A stretch of DNA of 39,785 bases from assembly GCF_001194135.2 (NCBI RefSeq), contig NC_068992.1:59675954-59715738 (forward strand), written 5' to 3'. This document shows, piece after piece, positions 35,333-39,785 of this stretch (the stretch's first letter is position 1; every line of letters starts with the position of its first letter). Under the pieces are notes generated by a model. The model saw only the letters and a list, made by a program, of their open reading frames with translations, had not been told where the DNA came from and ran no database searches. This DNA is from Octopus bimaculoides. Taxonomy: Eukaryota. A program made the translations under genes and the position numbers.

Positions 35333-35790
35333 TGTATGTATATGTGAATATATGTTTGCATTTATTTATGTATGTATGTATGTATGTATATGAATATGTG
35401 TATGTATAAATGTATGCTTGTATGTATATGTGGAAAATGTTTGTATGTATGATATCTGTCTGCCTGCCAGTCTGTCTGCATGCATGGTGTCTGTCTGCAC
35501 GTATAGGGTGTCTGTCGGTCTGTTTGTCTGTATGTATGGTGTCTGTCTGTATGTATGTGTGTATATATGTATGTGTGTGTATGTATGTGTGTTGTGTGTG
35601 TATGTATGTATGTGTATATGTATGTATGTATATATGTATGTATGTTTGTGTGTTTGTATGATGTCTGTCTGTCTGTATGTATGTCTGTATGTACGTATGT
35701 ATGTATGTATGTATGTATGTATGTATGTATGTATGCGTGTATCTATGTATGTATGTATGAATGTATGTATGCGTGTATGTATGTAAGTAC
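35333..35790. repeat. (TATG/TGTC)n compound array
   Basis: Read directly. Confidence 0.92.
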
Positions 35791-36194
35791 GTAGTGAATA
35801 TGGAAATAAAAGTCTCCACCAACTGAATTTGCAAGAAACTATAGTCTGAGAAGACTTACTTTAAAAAAAAAACTCCTAAAAACTTTGAAATCTAATGAGA
35901 AAAAAATTTCCCCCAAAATATTCCAATATTTGTGCCAAATTATTATCTGAGATTTTAGCTAAAATAAAATAAAATATAATAAAAAATGCTAGGAATTGTA
36001 TTGCAGATAAACAATGCACAGATGAAGTCATACAGAAAATCTTGATGAAATAAATACTTAGAATTGTAGAATAAACTACAAACATGAAATAGATATAAAT
36101 TCCTGGGTAAATCAGATGCTGAAGAATGGGTCTCTCTGTGGAATGGAAAGAAAATGGTTTGTTTTAATCGTTCTTTCTAAAAATGTTCTCCATG

Positions 36195-36345
36195 TTCTGT
36201 GTGGTTAAGAGGTTCAATTCTCAAACACAAACATGTAGTTCTGGTTTCAGTCCCACTGCTTGATACTGTGGGCAAATGTCTTCCCAGATTAACTAAGATG
36301 TTATGAGTGGGTATGCTTGACAGAAACTAAAAGAAGGCAGTCATA
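36195..36345 (+). mobile_element. SINE family C 5' part, diverged
   Basis: CTGTGTGGTTAAGAG..GGTTTCAGTCCCACTGC..GGGCAAATGTCTT. Confidence 0.65.
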
Positions 36346-36389
36346 TATAAGCATGCACACACACACAAGTATAAATATATCTATCTATT

Positions 36390-36439
<50 letters not shown>

Positions 36440-37399
36440 GGTATATATATATGTGTATGTATATATATATGTATAGGTATATATATATGTGTATGTATAT
36501 ATATATATATATGTGTATGTATATATATATATATGTGTGTATATATATGTATGTGTATATCTCTATATGTATATGTATATTTATATATGTGTATATTTAT
36601 ATATGTGTGTATATATATATATATATGTGTGTGTGTGTAAAAATTAAGTAATGAGGGTAGAAATTAATATTATTAAATATTAATTTAAACCAGTGGCCTA
36701 AGATACTTATAAAAATGTCCGAAGACTATGAAATATGTTACATATATAAATAAGAAGAATAGCCACCAAGGTGGATTCCTTATATGCTAGAAGAAGATGC
36801 CAAATCGCCTCACCACAAAGAATATGTTCTCAAAAATTTAAAATCAATGAGAATGAAAACAATAATGTGCATGAGACACAGTGATGCTAAAACACTAATG
36901 TCTGAAAATCCCAAGGTATCATTGATATTGATTGTGTTATCAATGCATATCGCTTGAAAGGGAAAAGTATTTGCCAAAGGCAGACTACAACAGCATGTGG
37001 CATATTCATATTTAAGTCTTCTGGAACATGTTAAGAAAAGCTATGCGGATCATAGTTTAGAAAAGCTCTCTCTTGTAGTTGTTCAAGAGGAATGTTAACC
37101 ATATCCATTTCACTGGTCATGGAGGACCTGCAATGATTTGGAGCACAGCCATTTCTTCTAGAATCAAACCATTATTAACAAATAGGCAGGAGAAACACTG
37201 CTAAATTGACAAATGTTTCACTGGACGATGAGTCCAGCGAAACATTTTCCCTGGGGTTGATGGAATCAACTAGCCTCACTACCCTGCTTCCATTACATGG
37301 AACTAGAAAGAGGCCGAGGGCCTACCAGTTCTTATATATAAAGCTATAAAACTTACAAACCATTGATTGATAGCTATTAACATCCATCAGCTTTTGATG

Positions 37400-37620
37400 C
37401 TTGCAGTTCCTGGGAGATCCATGGGTGTACAGTCCTCAACCACTGCTGCCATAGAGTGCTATCAGAATCGACTGTCATTTGGCTTTCTAGCTGAATTTCC
37501 AAGTGTGGTCTACTGTGATGATGGATATTATCCAACCACCTCATTCTTGGTTTGTCCTTAGGACTCCTACTCATTAGCCCAGCTCAAAGAAGCTACCTTG
37601 TGATCCTTTCCTGCAACACT
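37400..37620 (-). pseudogene. RTE-like LINE 3' coding remnant
   Basis: RSPKDKPRMRWLDNI...DSTLWQQWL resembles the RTE C-terminal R..GRP..RW.D / DR..WR motif. Confidence 0.55.
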
Positions 37621-37688
37621 TTAATCACAAGTCCTTGGTACTGGACCTATGACATCCTCCGCAACAATACAGAGAAGTAGCAACTTAA

Positions 37689-37745
37689 CCTGAAGAGATT
37701 CCTTGGCCTGAAGAGATTCCTTGACCTGAAGAGATTCCTTGACCT
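37689..37745. repeat. 18-bp tandem repeat, three copies
   Basis: CCTGAAGAGATTCCTTG(G/A) at 37689, 37707 and 37725. Confidence 0.95.
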
Positions 37746-38084
37746 TTGAACTATGCACCCTGACACCCAACAGGTAACATTATATCAAAGACCATAGCTA
37801 TCAATATGAATAATTAGATAATTGTCTTCATCAATCACAAAATAAAAATTGCCTAACAAGGAAAACAAACCTAATTTTATGATAATTAAGATAAAAATTC
37901 TTGCTTATGTTAATGGTTTCATATTGAGTGTCTTGGAGTAAAGGAGAAAAGGAAAGTTTGATTTATTGCAGAATAACATTTGGAGGTCAAATAACACACA
38001 GGGAACGAAAAATGGTGAAGATGACTTCAGCTGATATTTTTCAATTGTTCTTTCTTGTCAAAACAGTATCGAGAAAAGACATGA

Positions 38085-38206
38085 ATATGTATGTATGTAT
38101 GTATATATGTATGTATGCATGTATGTATGTATGTATGTATGCATGTATGTATGCATGTATGTATGTATTATGTATGTATTCATGTATGTATGTATGTATG
38201 TATGTA

Positions 38207-38242
<36 letters not shown>

Positions 38243-38343
38243 NNNNNNNNNNNNNNNNNNNNNNNNNNNNNNNNNNNNNNNNNNNNNATGTGCGTATGTG
38301 TATATATATGTATATATATATATATTTATATATATAAATGTGT

Positions 38344-38400
<57 letters not shown>

Positions 38401-38420
38401 GTATACACACACACACACAT
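38085..38420. repeat. (TATG)n and (TA)n microsatellites around gap 38243-38287
   Basis: Read directly. Confidence 0.92.
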
Positions 38421-38543
38421 ACATGCGTAAACATAGACATATCTAAGAATAAGTGTATATTCTTATATAAGTGCATATCCAAGTGCAAACACTTAAAACT
38501 GTCTATCATATACATACATACTGACACATAAATGTTTGTGTAT

Positions 38544-38544
<1 letters not shown>

Positions 38545-38575
<31 letters not shown>

Positions 38576-38900
38576 CATCACCATCACCATCATCATCATC
38601 GTCGTCGTTTGACATCCACTTTCGATGCTGACAGGAGTTGGACAGTTTGGCTGGTAAGCCAGGGAGCTGCAGCAAGGTTTCTACAACCGGATGCCCTTCC
38701 TTGTGCCAACCACTCCAAGAATGTGCCACTGACATGACACCTGCATCAGCCATGGCTACCATTTCACTTGACTTGACAGGTCTACACAAGCACGGTATAT
38801 TGCCAAAGGTCTTGGTCACCTATCACTGCCTCCGAGGGGCCCAATGCTTGAAAGGTGCTTTTTATGTGCCACCAGCTTTGGTGCCAGTCAGACGGCACTA
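38545..38900 (-). mobile_element. Retroposon family F with (GAT)n tail
   Basis: CTACAACCGGATGCCCTTCC..GCCAACCACTC..TTTTATGTGCCACCAGC is the reverse complement of the 39470-39785 element; (CAT)n lies at the left end. Confidence 0.7.
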
Positions 38901-39119
38901 GTATCTCATTATGTATGTCCTATGTATGTCCTGCTGAAGACAAAACGCCATTGAGCAAATCTAGAAATTTGTTAACCCATGGTTATCTATTTTATTAATA
39001 ATTTCAGTTGGCTTGTTGCGTCAAATTCAACACGTTTGTGACGTTTGTTTTTTTAGTGGTGAGACAATTTAGCATCTATTTCTCAGCATATAGGCAAGAA
39101 AAATTTTCTCAGCCCTTAT

Positions 39120-39148
<29 letters not shown>

Positions 39149-39150
<2 letters not shown>

Positions 39151-39468
39151 GAGGGGTGTTCATTAAAGATTTCCCCTGACCTACTTCCCAAGGGCTGGGA
39201 TAAATAAAGCTTGGCATAATTATTAGTCCTTCTCTACATAGCTACCATCAATGGTGACATACTTTTCCCATTGCTTTATGTAGCTGTGAAGACCTCATCT
39301 CAAGAAGTGGGCAGTTTGCGTCTGGAGTCAAGACATTACTTCGAAAATAAGTTCATCATCATCATCCGAAAAGTGCTTCCCTTTTAAAAAAGACTTCATG
39401 GTTGGAAAGAAGTGGAAGTCCATTGGTGCGAGGTTGGGAGAGTAAGGTGGATGAGGAAGGATTTGAGC
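39149..39468 (-). mobile_element. Mariner (DD34D-type) element 3' fragment with terminal repeat
   Basis: Terminus TA-TGAGGGGTGTTCA resembles mariner TIRs; transposase C-terminus lies inside. Confidence 0.85.
39223..39468 (-). pseudogene. Mariner transposase C-terminal remnant
   Basis: AQILPHPPYSPNLAPMDFHFFPTMKSFLKGKHF...WEKYVTIDGSYVEKD* contains the YSPDLAP(S)D motif; two in-frame stops. Confidence 0.92.
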
Positions 39469-39469
39469 G

Positions 39470-39785
39470 TGATCGTTACCAGCGTTGCCTTACTGGCACA
39501 TGTGCTGGTGGCACGTGAACAAACATTCGAGCGAGGTCGTTACTAGTGCTGCTGGACTGGCTCCTGTGCAGGTGGCATGTAAAAATCACCATTTTGAGTG
39601 TGGCCGTTAACAGTACCGCTTGACTGGCACTTGTGCCGGTGGCACATAAAAGAACCCATTACACTTTCAGAGTGGTTGGCGTTAGGAAGGGCATCCAGCT
39701 GTAGAAACTCTGCCAGATCAGATTGGAGCCTGGTGCAGCCATCTGGTTCGTCAGTCTTCCGTCAAATTGTCCAACCCATACTAGC
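39470..39785 (+). mobile_element. Retroposon family F, runs off the window
   Basis: Internal GGCAC(A/G)T-type repeats and GTGGTTGGCGTTAGGAAGGGCATCCAGCTGTAGAAAC. Confidence 0.7.

Overview
A eukaryotic, AT-rich, repeat-dense scaffold window, most likely from an octopus genome. That assignment is an inference from the SINE families, the microsatellite load and the N-gaps next to microsatellites. About 4.5 kb (11 gaps) is N. No intact protein-coding gene, rRNA, true tRNA or CRISPR array can be supported. Almost all long ORFs in the track come from N-gaps or microsatellites. Recognisable content: (i) a decayed near-full-length DD37D (maT-type) Tc1/mariner transposon (6.6-7.8 kb, minus); (ii) decayed Ty3/Gypsy RT-RNaseH fragments (17.4-18.3 kb and 21.2-21.3 kb, minus); (iii) two adjacent 3' ends of restriction-like-endonuclease (RLE) non-LTR elements (25.2-26.0 kb); (iv) an RTE-like 3' fragment (37.4-37.6 kb) and a mariner 3' fragment with HPPYSPxLAP (39.2-39.5 kb); (v) more than 30 SINE-like copies from at least five families, labelled A-D and F here (my labels); (vi) many microsatellites. 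The most notable unexplained structures are two long foldback palindromes (171-bp arms at 15556-15938; about 110-bp arms at 19233-19452), repeated close inverted SINE pairs, a triple SINE array punctuated by a repeated 13-bp motif, and an apparent left-to-right shift in CpG decay. I cannot establish a new biological system from this sequence. The findings are candidates to test.
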